A stretch of DNA of 64,000 bases from Oikopleura dioica. Its lineage: Eukaryota; Animalia; Chordata. Below, piece after piece: positions 37,574 through 50,885 of the stretch (its first letter is position 1; each line of letters starts with the position of its first letter). Under the pieces are notes generated by a model. The model ran no database searches. It was given only the letters and a program-made list of their open reading frames with translations, and had not been told where the DNA came from. A program made the position numbers and the translations under genes. The stretch covers positions 620,001 through 684,000 of the forward strand of contig OU015567.1 of NCBI GenBank assembly GCA_907165135.1, given 5' to 3'.

Positions 37574-38734
37574 TCAGAACATATCACATTTGTCATGAAT
37601 TGTTTGAATAAAGAAATCGGAACAAAAAGAATCTTTAGTAGGACAGCGAAAGTTTTCAGCTAGGTTTTTGCTGTGAATCATTGATATAAAAGCATTGATA
37701 AGAATTTCAAGTTCGCATGCGAAATCCGTGGATAAAAGTGTACTATTTTCTCGGAGACTTTTCGTAAAATTATGAAACTCAACTGTCTCGAGGATTCTGA
37801 ACTCGATTCTTATTGTGTCGAAAGAAGCACCGCTAATCTTGCCGGAAACAGGTTGCATCGGAAAAACTCCTGCATAAGATTCATGGTTTCTGCATTTGTC
37901 CCTCCAGTACCAGTAGATGTCATCCTTTGTGGCCAGCTGCATCTCCGCAGCGCATTTCAATAGTGACGAATCGAAATCTTCATCCTCCGAACTCGCGGAT
38001 TTTTGAAACTGTTCTCTCGCTTTGTCAAGAAGCATTTTTCTTGTGAACCTTTCAATGATTATTCAATTTCTTTCTTAATTTTCATATACTTACGCTCCAA
38101 ATGAAGCTTTGTTAACCACAGAAATATCTAAAATGTCGATTGTGAAGAAATGTTCAATATTTTCTTTCCTTATCGTTAATTGGTCCTTTCTCCTCATTAC
38201 ATCGAGCTCGGAATATAAAAGAAGCTGTTTGAGGATTAATTGATTATCATTAAAATGAAAAATTGTTGATTAAAATGATGATTTTTAACACCCTCCCTGA
38301 TTAAGTGAATCATATTTGTAATACGCCAATTCGCACATGTGTAAGCAAACTAAATTCAAGAATCATCATAAAAATAACTTTTACGATTTCTTACATGTAG
38401 TACCATTCAACAAGTTCTTCAATGTCAGTCTGTCTTCAGTGCCGTTGACAAAATAGTTTCCAAGATTCATCGTGGCAGTCGAGTTTAGAATCGCAATATT
38501 CGTCGAAATCGACGAGTCCATATCTTCAATTTCTCTCTGATCGTCCAAAAACTTTTCAGCAGCATCGACATTTCGCTGCAGAAGCCCAAAAACAATGCCC
38601 AAAATGCATGCAACAAGCGCGCTGATGAAAATGTTTCCGAAAGAAATAAATTTTCCAAAAAACAACAAAAAAATCAACATTTTCCTGAAAAGAAAGATCG
38701 CTAGAAAAATGTTTTTATAATCCCGAAACTTCAT
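37574..38734 (-). CDS. Family-X minus member, copy C
   Basis: Near-identical to 20429-21589. Confidence 0.65.
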
Positions 38735-39453
38735 CTTTTTCAACAAAGAAAGTTGAGTTCTATCTTCTATCTTGTAGCGCAGCTTCAATGAACCTGTTTT
38801 ATCAACCGTGAATTAATTAAAATCGATTCTGATAAAATACTTTCAGTTTTTTATGTTTTCGAGTCGAAAATATGCTTCGTAATATTTTCTGATTGTAGGG
38901 TGACGTCTCCAGATAAGATTCAAGAGCCGTTTGCCGTTTATCAATAAATATTTATCGCAGCGCTGGAGAGGTAGAATGATAAAGTTTTAAGTTGGCGAGG
39001 GGGAGTGCGCGTCTTCCGCATTTCGTAACTCCGAAACCGCTCACGTTTCCTTCTTTATATGGTGGTTTTATACTGAATATAATTGGAACACGGGAATCAA
39101 TCTCGAATAAGTTTATTAACCCTGATAGGTGTGAGCAGAAAATAATAAAATATATATATTATATTTTATGTTATACCTGTGAAGTCAGGGAAAAGAATGA
39201 TAAAATTATAGAGGTACAGTCGTTTTTATAGTGTAGGACACCACCCATCGGTGGCACGGACTTAGACTTGGTCGTATGAACTCGGCGTTGGCCATATCGC
39301 CAACGCTGGAATAGAGAGGGGCGAGCTGTCAAGGTATGATGGAGTGAAAGCCTTGGCGTTGGGCACGTCACGGCTCACTGAGCATAATTACGTCGACCAC
39401 GCGCGCTAGAATCCCATATTTCGAAGCGAAAACAGTAGGAAAACCACTACATA

Positions 39454-39472
39454 TTTTCCCCTTTTTATTTTT
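39454..39472 (-). other. Polypurine tract AAAAATAAAAAGGGGAAAA
   Basis: Lies 2 nt upstream of the TG start of the LTR on the minus strand; repeated near 44091. Confidence 0.8.
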
Positions 39473-39501
39473 GAAGCGAAGCGTCCGTTGAGCGTAGAAA
39501 T

Positions 39502-40098
39502 TTAGTGATTTTCGATGAAGTCGAAAACATTTTCTGGTAGAGAGTCGTGCTGGATGGAGTTTACGACTTGTAGAGATTCCGAATGTGAAGTTTCTGCATG
39601 ATTGATTCGGTAAGTCGAGTATTTGTGAGCAAGATCATTTGTGAAAATTTTGATGTGAGTTCTCGCGTATTCGAGCTGGTCGGAAAACGATTTTGAATCG
39701 GCTTCTAGAAATTTGAAAGCGATCCTTGACGTGTAATATCGTTTTTCATAGATTGTTTGAAATTGTCTCATCAATTCGATGCGAGTGTTTTTATCGACCA
39801 AAAGCTGATAGAGAATTGCTGTCTCACTTATCCAGTTGAGCAAACTGTCATGATTTTCAAAAAGCAATTCCTGGAGGTGATTGATATCAAAGTGAAAGTG
39901 ATCTTTAAGGGACTTAGCTTCGTTTTTCAATTCTTGCAAAAAGTCGAGCAGCGATTGCAAGTTTTCTTTTGAAATTGAGTTCGGTAAGAAGTGGATTGGA
40001 ATGGTGACATCAAAGAGAGCAGGAATGATAAAGCGTTGAATGAGCCGCTTTGGAGGAGCGTCGTTGAGCACGAAGAAATCATTTTGAAGAGAGGTCAT
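39502..40098 (-). CDS. 198-aa ORF of unknown function just upstream of the PPT
   Basis: Open in unit 1; the second copy (~44140-44735) has single-base indels. No RT, integrase or TM motif seen. Confidence 0.4.
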   Translation of the reverse strand: MTSLQNDFFVLNDAPPKRLIQRFIIPALFDVTIPIHFLPNSISKENLQSLLDFLQELKNEAKSLKDHFHFDINHLQELLFENHDSLLNWISETAILYQLLVDKNTRIELMRQFQTIYEKRYYTSRIAFKFLEADSKSFSDQLEYARTHIKIFTNDLAHKYSTYRINHAETSHSESLQVVNSIQHDSLPENVFDFIENH

Positions 40099-41477
40099 TT
40101 TCGATTTTTTTCTCTTTTAAAAATGAGTATTGGACCAACCAGTACTCCGTTCAGAACCATTTTTTTTAAGGCTAGAATGCGCCATCGAGTGTTTCTTCCG
40201 GACGTTGTGAGGTCATTCCGATGTCTTTTCTTGTGAACATTTGTGACCAGTGATAAGTAGTCAAAGTCGTGAATCGGGCCTATTGTGATGGGTATTTTTC
40301 TGTTTACTTCTTTCCCCTTTTTATTTTTGAGCGGATGATCTTCACGAGCAGGAGATCGTTAATGAGCGCCAATTATTGAGCATTTGATCATCACGAGCAG
40401 GTGATCGTTAATTTGTACCTGTTATCGGACCAGTAATCTAGTAGAACTTAACAGACTATATATAGAACTAAGAGCGAGTTCCAACAAGAAGAGAGTGTTA
40501 CATTATGAGTGATATAAAGCTGTGAACAGAGCTGTGAGATTGTGAATAATTTGCTTGTGATTAGAATATTTAAGCAAATGTGAATAACAAATACTCTCTT
40601 GTGATAAACTTTGAAGCAAGTGAGCGATATTGCTTCCAATAAACTTTTAGGCATGTGATTAAAATAGTAGAGCAATAGAGCAAAATTGCTGCGAACAGAA
40701 CGATAGGTTACTTGAGCAAGGTTAACTTCGTGAAAGTATTGTAATAGGGATTTATATGGCCTACGAGCAGGGCGTGAATTAGAATTGATAAAGAGTAATT
40801 ACCCTATTCTTAAGAATATGTAAAGCTATTGAGCAAAGCTTTGAGCGGAACCTGTGAGTTAGATGCCTAATTATTCATAAATGGACTTTCTGTGTGTGAT
40901 TTTGGCAACTGCACCCATTGCCAAACATCTGCAGAAGGCTGGACCAAAGTTCAGAAAAGAGGTACTTATCGTGTGGCCAATTAATAAGTACATTAGCTGG
41001 GTCATGAGAACAAAAATCCACAGAGGCCTGCATGTAAACTTCGTAATAACGGTCTGGTTGAGCATTACCAGTAAGCTGGATTCCCATTTGAGCTCTATCG
41101 GGGGAGTTAATATTCTAGTGAGCCAATTTCCAGTTGTGCATTGAACCGCCGAAGTTGTGAGGAACCAATTAAACCTTTGACATGCATGTCGTGAGAGCAG
41201 GTCTTTAGACTACAGAGTGAGCGAGCAATCCAAATATGAGTGAACGGTGGCTAGATAATGGGAACGCATATCTGAGCACCACCACGTCGTGAAAATGTGA
41301 CGATTTGAGAGCGAGATAGTCGAGCAGCTATCTGTGAACAGGTCGAGTTATGAGCGAAACTTCTAGACCATTATAAGGATTAGTCGAGCAGCTAATCACA
41401 GGACAACACTATCGTCATGAGCGGAGACGATCTTTCCAATTGTTGTCGTGAGCTGAGTCATCTCTATCACTTGGCTC

Positions 41478-41885
41478 TTTATGATCTTTATGACTCGTTA
41501 ACATCTTTTCATTCTTCTGAGCAGGAATGATCTTATCTCTATCAACAAGGAGCGATTGATCTTTATGAGAGCTAATTTTTGAATTTCTTTTCTTCTGAGC
41601 AGGAATGATCTCATCTCTATCAAAAAGGAGCGGTTGATCTTTATGAGAGCTAATTTTTGACTTTTCATTCTTCTGAGCAGGAATGATCTCATCTCTATCA
41701 ACAAGGAGCAGTTGATCTTTATGAGAGCTAATTTTTGACTTTTCATTCTTCTGAGCAGGAATGATCTCATCTCTATCAACAAGGAGCGGTTGATCTTTAT
41801 GAGAGCTAATTTTTGACTTTTCATTCTTCTGAGCAGGAATGATCTCATCTCTATCAACAAGGAGCGGTTGATCTTTATGAGAGTT
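41478..41885 (-). repeat. 78-bp (26-codon) tandem repeat, ~5 copies, in a 211-aa ORF of the LTR internal region
   Basis: SSHKDQPLLVDRDEIIPAQKNEKSKI repeats; duplicated at ~46110-46517. Confidence 0.9.
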
Positions 41886-43670
41886 AACTTTAGACTTGTT
41901 CTTAACTTCGTCTTTTAGGACTTTCCCTTGTGATTCGGCCACGTCATCTTCCTTGATAAATTCTGTTCTTAAGGCAGTCTTTCGTTTGAGCGGTCGAATC
42001 AGACTGATATGACGCCGATATTTTCTTCGTGAATGGATATTTAATTGCAATCAGTTTGTGCATAATCGACTTGATATATGAAGACTTTTTCTAAGGGTAA
42101 TTGAGCGAATATTCTGTCCTTATGAGCGAGCGACGAAGTTCTTTGAGCGGTGTAATCAGACGCGTATATCACACGAGCAGGTGATTGTTCTGACTCTTTC
42201 CATGATTGACGAAAAACCTTCTGAGCAGTTGCACTGGCTAATGATTTCTAGCGTGAGCAATGTGCAAGTATCGTTTTCAATCGTCAACGTGCAATTATTG
42301 GAGAACAAGTTGATCACGAGAAAAGATAGCTTGTGATATTTGAGTTAAAAACTTCTCGTGAGTAGACAGGCATTGCGAGCAGTAGCCATAATTTGTATGT
42401 CCAGTTTCTATCTAAGAGCTTCTTAGAGCTGAGATAGCCTTCTTTCTGATCCACTTATAAATCAACTCTTATTAATTTGCCTATTTAAAGAGCTAAAGAT
42501 CTTAGATTTGGAAAGGCATTTTTTTGGAGCATAGATCATCTTTCCGTTAATACGTAAGATAATAATTTCTACCAGAGTCTCAATTTTTCCGTTCTGATTA
42601 CATCTGATGAGCAGGGATCGTTAACATTATTGGACATGTGAGGTTCTGAACGACGAGCAGGTTCAGCTTTACTTTGGTGATGAAGATTGAAGTGTGGCCT
42701 CAATGAGTGAGTCGAAATTTGCACACTTTTGTGGCACATTTGACGGTTCTTGATAAGAGGTGCAAGTAGAAGAGCGGGAACATCTGAGCGGATGCTTGTT
42801 CTACTGCAACCAAAATTGATGAGCAGCATATCGGAGTCCATTAAGCAAGATTGTTTTAAACCAAATTTGTATTGCGCTTGTGATAAAATGTCCGTCATTT
42901 TTCTTCATCATTTCTTGGTTAATTCTTCGTCTCATAATTTTTGATATCTTCTTTTTATATCATTAGATGCAATAAAGACGATTTTTCGAGCTTCGAGCAG
43001 AGCTGTGAATGTTTTGAGCTTTAAACTCTTGATTGATCATTAGCGCCTATTATATTCTGTTAATGAGAATAGATCATTCTGTAGCACGCTGAGAAATATT
43101 TCGAAGATTGAGCAATATTATTTCCCGTTTGACCAGTTCCATGGGCCGAGGTTCATTTGCATAGCAGAACCGTACACGAATTTCGGCACCTCTTTGGAAT
43201 GAGTTTCTATGTGAATTCAAATCTAAAGTCTTCCCGGAATGATAATTAAAATCAAGGAACTTTGAATTTCTTCTTTCAGGATTTGGAACATGACGACCTT
43301 CATGATTTCTTCTGAGATAAGCGATCATTTGATTGGTTATTATCATGAAGAACACATTGATTTTAAGTTGTCGTTTTCAGGGATTTGATCATCAGTTTGA
43401 TTTCCGGTTGAGGTGATTTTTTTTCGATTTTCGGATTTGAGAGCAATGAGATTCCGTTTTTCGAATTAAAAAAATATCAACTTTATTCCGGAAGTAAAAC
43501 TTATTATCATACTAATCGAGAAAATCGGGTAAAATTGCCTAAGGATTCAAAACAATGCCCGTTTTATCGAATAAAAAATGATAAATAAGTATGTATTCAC
43601 GGATCGTCATTGATAAATTTACGGATGTTTTATCTCTTGTATCTTTTTTATATCTCTCTTGTTGGGCGTA

Positions 43671-43689
43671 CCGATTAATTCAGTCACCA
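43671..43689 (-). other. Candidate primer-binding site TGGTGACTGAATTAATCGG
   Basis: Begins with TGG 5 nt after the LTR end; the first 7 nt resemble tRNA-Trp-type PBSs (TGGTGAC). Primer identity is unverified. Confidence 0.55.
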
Positions 43690-46600
43690 AAATATATGGT
43701 GGTTTTATACTGAATATAATTGGAACACGGGAATCAATCTCGAATAAGTTTATTAACCCTGATAGGTGTGAGCAGAAAATAATAAAATATATATATTATA
43801 TTTTATGTTATACCTGTGAAGTCAGGGAAAAGAATGATAAAATTATAGAGGTACAGTCGTTTTTATAGTGTAGGACACCACCCATCGGTGGCACGGACTT
43901 AGACTTGGTCGTATGAACTCGGCGTTGGCCATATCGCCAACGCTGGAATAGAGAGGGGCGAGCTGTCAAGGTATGATGGAGTGAAAGCCTTGGCGTTGGG
44001 CACGTCACGGCTCACTGAGCATAATTACGTCGACCACGCGCGCTAGAATCCCATATTTCGAAGCGAAAACAGTAGGAAAACCACTACATATTTTCCCCTT
44101 TTTATTTTTGAAGCGAAGCGTCCGTTGAGCGTAGAAATTTAGTGATTTTCGATGAAGTCGAAAACATTTTCTGGTAGAGAGTCGTGCTGGATGGAGTTTA
44201 CGACTTGTAGAGATTCCGAATGTGAAGTTTCTGCATGATTGATTCGGTAAGTCAGTATTTGTGAGCAAGATCATTTGTGAAAATTTTGATGTGAGTTCTC
44301 GCGTATTCGAGCTGGTCGGAAAACGATTTTGAATCGGCTTCTAGAAATTTGAAAGCGATCCTTGAGGTGTAATATCGTTTTTCATAGATTGTTTGAAATT
44401 GTCTCATCAATTCGATGCGAGTGTTTTTATCGACCAAAAGCTGATAGAGAATTGCTGTCTCACTTATCCAGTTGAGCAAACTGTCATGATTTTCAAAAAG
44501 CAATTCCTGGAGGTGATTGATATCAAAGTGAAAGTGATCTTTAAGGGACTTAGCTTCGTTTTCAATTCTTGCAAAAAGTCGAGCAGCGATTGCAAGTTTT
44601 CTTTTGAAATTGAGTTCGGTAAGAAGTGGATTGGAATGGTGACATCAAAGAGAGCAGGAATGATAAAGCGTTGAATGAGCCGCTTTGGAGGAGCGTCGTT
44701 GAGCACGAAGAAATCATTTTGAAGAGAGGTCATTTTCGATTTTTTCTCTTTTAAAAATGAGTATTGGACCAACCAGTACTCCGTTCAGAACCATTTTTTA
44801 AGGCTAGAATGCGCCATCGAGTGTTTCTTCCGGACGTTGTGAGGTCATTCCGATGTCTTTTCTTGTGAACATTTGTGACCAGTGATAAGTAGTCAAAGTC
44901 GTGAATCGGGCCTATTGTGATGGGTATTTTTCTGTTTACTTCTTTCCCCTTTTTATTTTTGAGCGGATGATCTTCACGAGCAGGAGATCGTTAATGAGCG
45001 CCAATTATTGAGCATTTGATCATCACGAGCAGGTGATCGTTAATTTGTACCTGTTATCGGACCAGTAATCTAGTAGAACTTAACAGACTATATATAGAAC
45101 TAAGAGCGAGTTCCAACAAGAAGAGAGTGTTACATTATGAGTGATATAAAGCTGTGAACAGAGCTGTGAGATTGTGAATAATTTGCTTGTGATTAGAATA
45201 TTTAAGCAAATGTGAATAACAAATACTCTCTTGTGATAAACTTTGAAGCAAGTGAGCGATATTGCTTCCAATAAACTTTTAGGCATGTGATTAAAATAGT
45301 AGAGCAATAGAGCAAAATTGCTGCGAACAGAACGATAGGTTACTTGAGCAAGGTTAACTTCGTGAAAGTATTGTAATAGGGATTTATATGGCCTACGAGC
45401 AGGGCGTGAATTAGAATTGATAAAGAGTAATTACCCTATTCTTAAGAATATGTAAAGCTATTGAGCAAAGCTTTGAGCGGAACCTGTGAGTTAGATGCCT
45501 AATTATTCATAAATGGACTTTCTGTGTGTGATTTTGGCAACTGCACCCATTGCCAAACATCTGCAGAAGGCTGGACCAAAGTTCAGAAAAGAGGTACTTA
45601 TCGTGTGGCCAATTAATAAGTACATTAGCTGGGTCATGAGAACAAAAATCCACAGAGGCCTGCATGTAAACTTCGTAATAACGGTCTGGTTGAGCATTAC
45701 CAGTAAGCTGGATTCCCATTTGAGCTTGATCGGGGGAGTTAATATTCTAGTGAGCCAATTTCCAGTTGTGCATTGAACCGCCGAAGTTGTGAGGAACCAA
45801 TTAAACCTTTGACATGCATGTCGTGAGAGCAGGTCTTTAGACTACAGAGTGAGCGAGCAATCCAAATATGAGTGAACGGTGGCTAGATAATGGGAACGCA
45901 TATCTGAGCACCACCACGTCGTGAAAATGTGACGATTTGAGAGCGAGATAGTCGAGCAGCTATCTGTGAACAGGTCGAGTTATGAGCGAAACTTCTAGAC
46001 CATTATAAGGATTAGTCGAGCAGCTAATCACAGGACAACACTATCGTCATGAGCGGAGACGATCTTTCCAATTGTTGTCGTGAGCTGAGTCATCTCTATC
46101 ACTTGGCTCTTTATGATCTTTATGACTCGTTAACATCTTTTCATTCTTCTGAGCAGGAATGATCTTATCTCTATCAACAAGGAGCGATTGATCTTTATGA
46201 GAGCTAATTTTTGAATTTCTTTTCTTCTGAGCAGGAATGATCTCATCTCTATCAAAAAGGAGCGGTTGATCTTTATGAGAGCTAATTTTTGACTTTTCAT
46301 TCTTCTGAGCAGGAATGATCTCATCTCTATCAACAAGGAGCAGTTGATCTTTATGAGAGCTAATTTTTGACTTTTCATTCTTCTGAGCAGGAATGATCTC
46401 ATCTCTATCAACAAGGAGCGGTTGATCTTTATGAGAGCTAATTTTTGACTTTTCATTCTTCTGAGCAGGAATGATCTCATCTCTATCAACAAGGAGCGGT
46501 TGATCTTTATGAGAGTTAACTTTAGACTTGTTCTTAACTTCGTCTTTTAGGACTTTCCCTTGTGATTCGGCCACGTCATCTTCCTTGATAAATTCTGTTC

Positions 46601-49061
46601 TTAAGGCAGTCTTTCGTTTGAGCGGTCGAATCAGACTGATATGACGCCGATATTTTCTTCGTGAATGGATATTTAATTGCAATCAGTTTGTGCATAATCG
46701 ACTTGATATATGAAGACTTTTTCTAAGGGTAATTGAGCGAATATTCTGTCCTTATGAGCGAGCGACGAAGTTCTTTGAGCGGTGTAATCAGACGCGTATA
46801 TCACACGAGCAGGTGATTGTTCTGACTCTTTCCATGATTGACGAAAAACCTTCTGAGCAGTTGCACTGGCTAATGATTTCTAGCGTGAGCAATGTGCAAG
46901 TATCGTTTTCAATCGTCAACGTGCAATTATTGGAGAACAAGTTGATCACGAGAAAAGATAGCTTGTGATATTTGAGTTAAAAACTTCTCGTGAGTAGACA
47001 GGCATTGCGAGCAGTAGCCATAATTTGTATGTCCAGTTTCTATCTAAGAGCTTCTTAGAGCTGAGATAGCCTTCTTTCTGATCCACTTATAAATCAACTC
47101 TTATTAATTTGCCTATTTAAAGAGCTAAAGATCTTAGATTTGGAAAGGCATTTTTTTGGAGCATAGATCATCTTTCCGTTAATACGTAAGATAATAATTT
47201 CTACCAGAGTCTCAATTTTTCCGTTCTGATTACATCTGATGAGCAGGGATCGTTAACATTATTGGACATGTGAGGTTCTGAACGACGAGCAGGTTCAGCT
47301 TTACTTTGGTGATGAAGATTGAAGTGTGGCCTCAATGAGTGAGTCGAAATTTGCACACTTTTGTGGCACATTTGACGGTTCTTGATAAGAGGTGCAAGTA
47401 GAAGAGCGGGAACATCTGAGCGGATGCTTGTTCTACTGCAACCAAAATTGATGAGCAGCATATCGGAGTCCATTAAGCAAGATTGTTTTAAACCAAATTT
47501 GTATTGCGCTTGTGATGAAATGTCCGTCATTTTTCTTCATCATTTCTTGGTTAATTCTTCGTCTCATAATTTTTGATATCTTCTTTTTATATCATTAGAT
47601 GCAATAAAGACGATTTTTCGAGCTTCGAGCAGAGCTGTGAATGTTTTGAGCTTTAAACTCTTGATTGATCATTAGCGCCTATTATATTCTGTTAATGAGA
47701 ATAGATCATTCTGTAGCACGCTGAGAAATATTTCGAAGATTGAGCAATATTATTTCCCGTTTGACCAGTTCCATGGGCCGAGGTTCATTTGCATAGCAGA
47801 ACCGTACACGAATTTCGGCACCTCTTTGGAATGAGTTTCTATGTGAATTCAAATCTAAAGTCTTCCCGGAATGATAATTAAAATCAAGGAACTTTGAATT
47901 TCTTCTTTCAGGATTTGGAACATGACGACCTTCATGATTTCTTCTGAGATAAGCGATCATTTGATTGGTTATTATCATGAAGAACACATTGATTTTAAGT
48001 TGTCGTTTTCAGGGATTTGATCATCAGTTTGATTTCCGGTTGAGGTGATTTTTTCGATTTTCGGATTTGAGAGCAATGAGATTCCGTTTTCGAATTAAAA
48101 AATATCAACTTTATTCCGGAAGTAAAACTTATTATCATACTAATCGAGAAAATCGGGTAAAATTGCCTAAGGATTCAAAACAATGCCCGTTTTATCGAAT
48201 AAAAAATGATAAATAAGTATGTATTCACGGATCGTCATTGATAAATTTACGGATGTTTTATCTCTTGTATCTTTTTTATATCTCTCTTGTTGGGCGTACC
48301 GATTAATTCAGTCACCAAAATATATGGTGGTTTTATACTGAATATAATTGGAACACGGGAATCAATCTCGAATAAGTTTATTAACCCTGATAGGTGTGAG
48401 CAGAAAATAATAAAATATATATATTATATTTTATGTTATACCTGTGAAGTCAGGGAAAAGAATGATAAAATTATAGAGGTACAGTCGTTTTTATAGTGTA
48501 GGACACCACCCATCGGTGGCACGGACTTAGACTTGGTCGTATGAACTCGGCGTTGGCCATATCGCCAACGCTGGAATAGAGAGGGGCGAGCTGTCAAGGT
48601 ATGATGGAGTGAAAGCCTTGGCGTTGGGCACGTCACGGCTCACTGAGCATAATTACGTCGACCACGCGCGCTAGAATCCCATATTTCGAAGCGAAAACAG
48701 TAGGAAAACCACTACATTTAGCTACGTCTTTGCCCCTCGAAATCTGTTGAAATTGCTGCTTTTCGAAAAAAAGGCACGTTGGAATAAAATCTGTGTAAAA
48801 AGAAAAGCTCTGGAATCGTTATTTTCTTACCGTAAGCAGCGGAGAAAATCGAACAGGGTATTCAATACCGCCAAAGACTAATATTGAGCTCATCACTTCC
48901 TGACGCCGCTCCAACCTTTTGTCACCGCCTCAACTTTCAGAAAATAATAAACTGACAATATTCGTTAAAATTATTTATGGCTGACGAAACATGCTCATTC
49001 AAGCATAGCTTAAGTTGGAACAAATCTATATAAAAAAATTTAAATGATGATTTTCATTAAG

Positions 49062-50651
49062 ATGAATATTCGGGAGTATAAGGCTGTTTTTCTTGCGATT
49101 TTTGCCATCAGGAAAATGTCTTAGTTGTTCATTGAAAGAAAAGGAGAGAGATTGTTTCCCGAACATTTGAATCAGTGTACTTTTTGCGTGCATCTTGGGC
49201 ATTGTTTTTCATCTAAAGCGAATGAATGACGATGCTGCTGGAAAATTGTTGGATGAGAGAGCCTCTGAAAAAGGGCAACTAGTTGAAGATGTGGACTCAT
49301 TTGCTTCGACTGAGGTTCCGATTCTTAACGCGACAATGAGGATGAATCTTGGAGATTTCTTCGTCAACGGCAGCGAAGACAGACTGACGATTGAGAGTTT
49401 GTTGGATGAGTCAGCATGTAAGGACTTAAAATAGAAATTTCTGAAAGGCTGTGATTTAGTTTGTTTATTCATTTGCGGGGTAGATCATTTTCGGTTCGAT
49501 TCTCTTTATCAGGAACAGTATTCAAAATGCTGAATATCTGTGAATACTCATAAAATGCTCAAAAAGTATATCTTCAAAAACATCAGCGGTATCAATCTTG
49601 GCTTTTCATCAAATGATGATTTCGAGTCAAGAATCGAAGATTTCTTCAAAATCGACATTTATGATATTTCAGTCGTAGATAAAACTTCGCATGGGTCGTA
49701 AGTTTCAGCTAAAGATTTTGTCAAATCATTGTATGAAATTTTTAAGGTTTTCAAGAAAAATGATTTTTGACGCAGCAAAAGAAGAATTTGAAAAATCTCG
49801 ACTTTCTGAGCATGAAGATTTTGATTCCTCCGTATACAAATGCGCGGCAGAGATGTTTACTTCTCCTGGTGGTATAACCTGGTCAAAACAAAATTTAAAC
49901 AAGTGCGGACATTTTCCTCGATTACCTTATCAGGGCCAGAATTGCAAATTTGCTGAGCTGAGTGAGCTGAGCAGTCGCTCAGTTCAGCTCAGCTCACTGA
50001 TTTTCGAAATGAATTTATCTGCTCAGCTCAGCTCAGACAATAATCACTCAGCTCAGCTCAATTATTCTCGAACATGATCTGTTCTGCTCAGCTCAGACAA
50101 GTATCATTCAGCTCAGCTCAGCTCAGCTCAATGATTTTAACACAATTTCACTTCTAAAAAACATTAAAAAACAGCTCAACCCAGCTCACTCAGCTCAGCT
50201 CAGCTCTAATTAGGGTCTGCTCAGCTCAGCTCAACTACCTTAAAAAAGGTCTGCTCAGCTCAGCTCAGCTCAATGACCTCTGAAGATGGCCAGCTTAGCT
50301 CAGCTCAGCTCAGTGAGCTCCGAAATAGGCCAGCTCAGCTCAGGTCAGCAAAAATAAAGCCAAATTTGCAACTCTGATCAGGGCGAGATAAAAAATGCCT
50401 CCTTCGACACGATTGAAATTCAGTATTCAATCGCCGAAAAAGCTGATTTTCACAATTTTACTCGGAGTCTCAAAGAAAACGAAACTGTTTTATTGCGGGA
50501 TCTCGCATGCGATCTGTACTTTTTTAATGACGGCTTAATATCGATGATTCATGCCGAAAACCTTGCTGAAAATTTCACCTGTCCCAGCGAAGACTCCTTC
50601 TGTTCAGATTTTTTCATTCAAACAATACATGATGAATGTATTGTTACGTGA
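49062..50651 (+). pseudogene. Family-X plus member, copy C, disrupted by the AGCTC hAT-like MITE
   Basis: Same insertion and TSD as copy B. Confidence 0.75.
49937..50376. mobile_element. hAT-like AGCTC MITE (same insertion event as 24407, shorter array)
   Basis: TSD ATCAGGGC at 49929-36 and 50377-84. Confidence 0.9.
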
Positions 50652-50885
50652 TGAATGTTGGTAACGAAAATAAACAGAAGAAAGCCGTGAATAAAATGAA
50701 TGAAAACTGAAATTTGTGTGTGCGCTTTCAAGTAATTTTGGCACCTTGGCCGGAATAAGAGCGTCTCACGGTGCTGAAATGATATATCGCTGGTCGAATT
50801 TCAGAAGCTCTAATCCGCCAGCACCAAATCGTTACACGCAATTTCGCCTCACATGTGGAGCCGCCACGATAACGATTACCATAGT

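Larger units (their letters stand above)
39058..48716 (-). mobile_element. Non-autonomous LTR retrotransposon, tandem dimer LTR-int-LTR-int-LTR (9,659 bp)
   Basis: 394-bp LTRs at 39058-39451, 43695-44088 and 48323-48716. TSD TTTA at 39054-57 and 48717-20; empty site CTTCTTTAGCTAC in copies A and B. Minus-strand termini TGTAGTGG...CCACCATA; AATAAA in the LTR. Confidence 0.9.

Noticed and set aside
39502-40098. env gene of the LTR element
   Set aside because: No signal peptide, furin site or TM anchor is visible; it is kept as an unknown ORF.
39452-48322. Autonomous gypsy/Tor gag-pol or DIRS element
   Set aside because: No YxDD, RNase H, integrase or tyrosine-recombinase motif was found by eye, and the direct LTRs with PBS, PPT and TSD do not fit DIRS.
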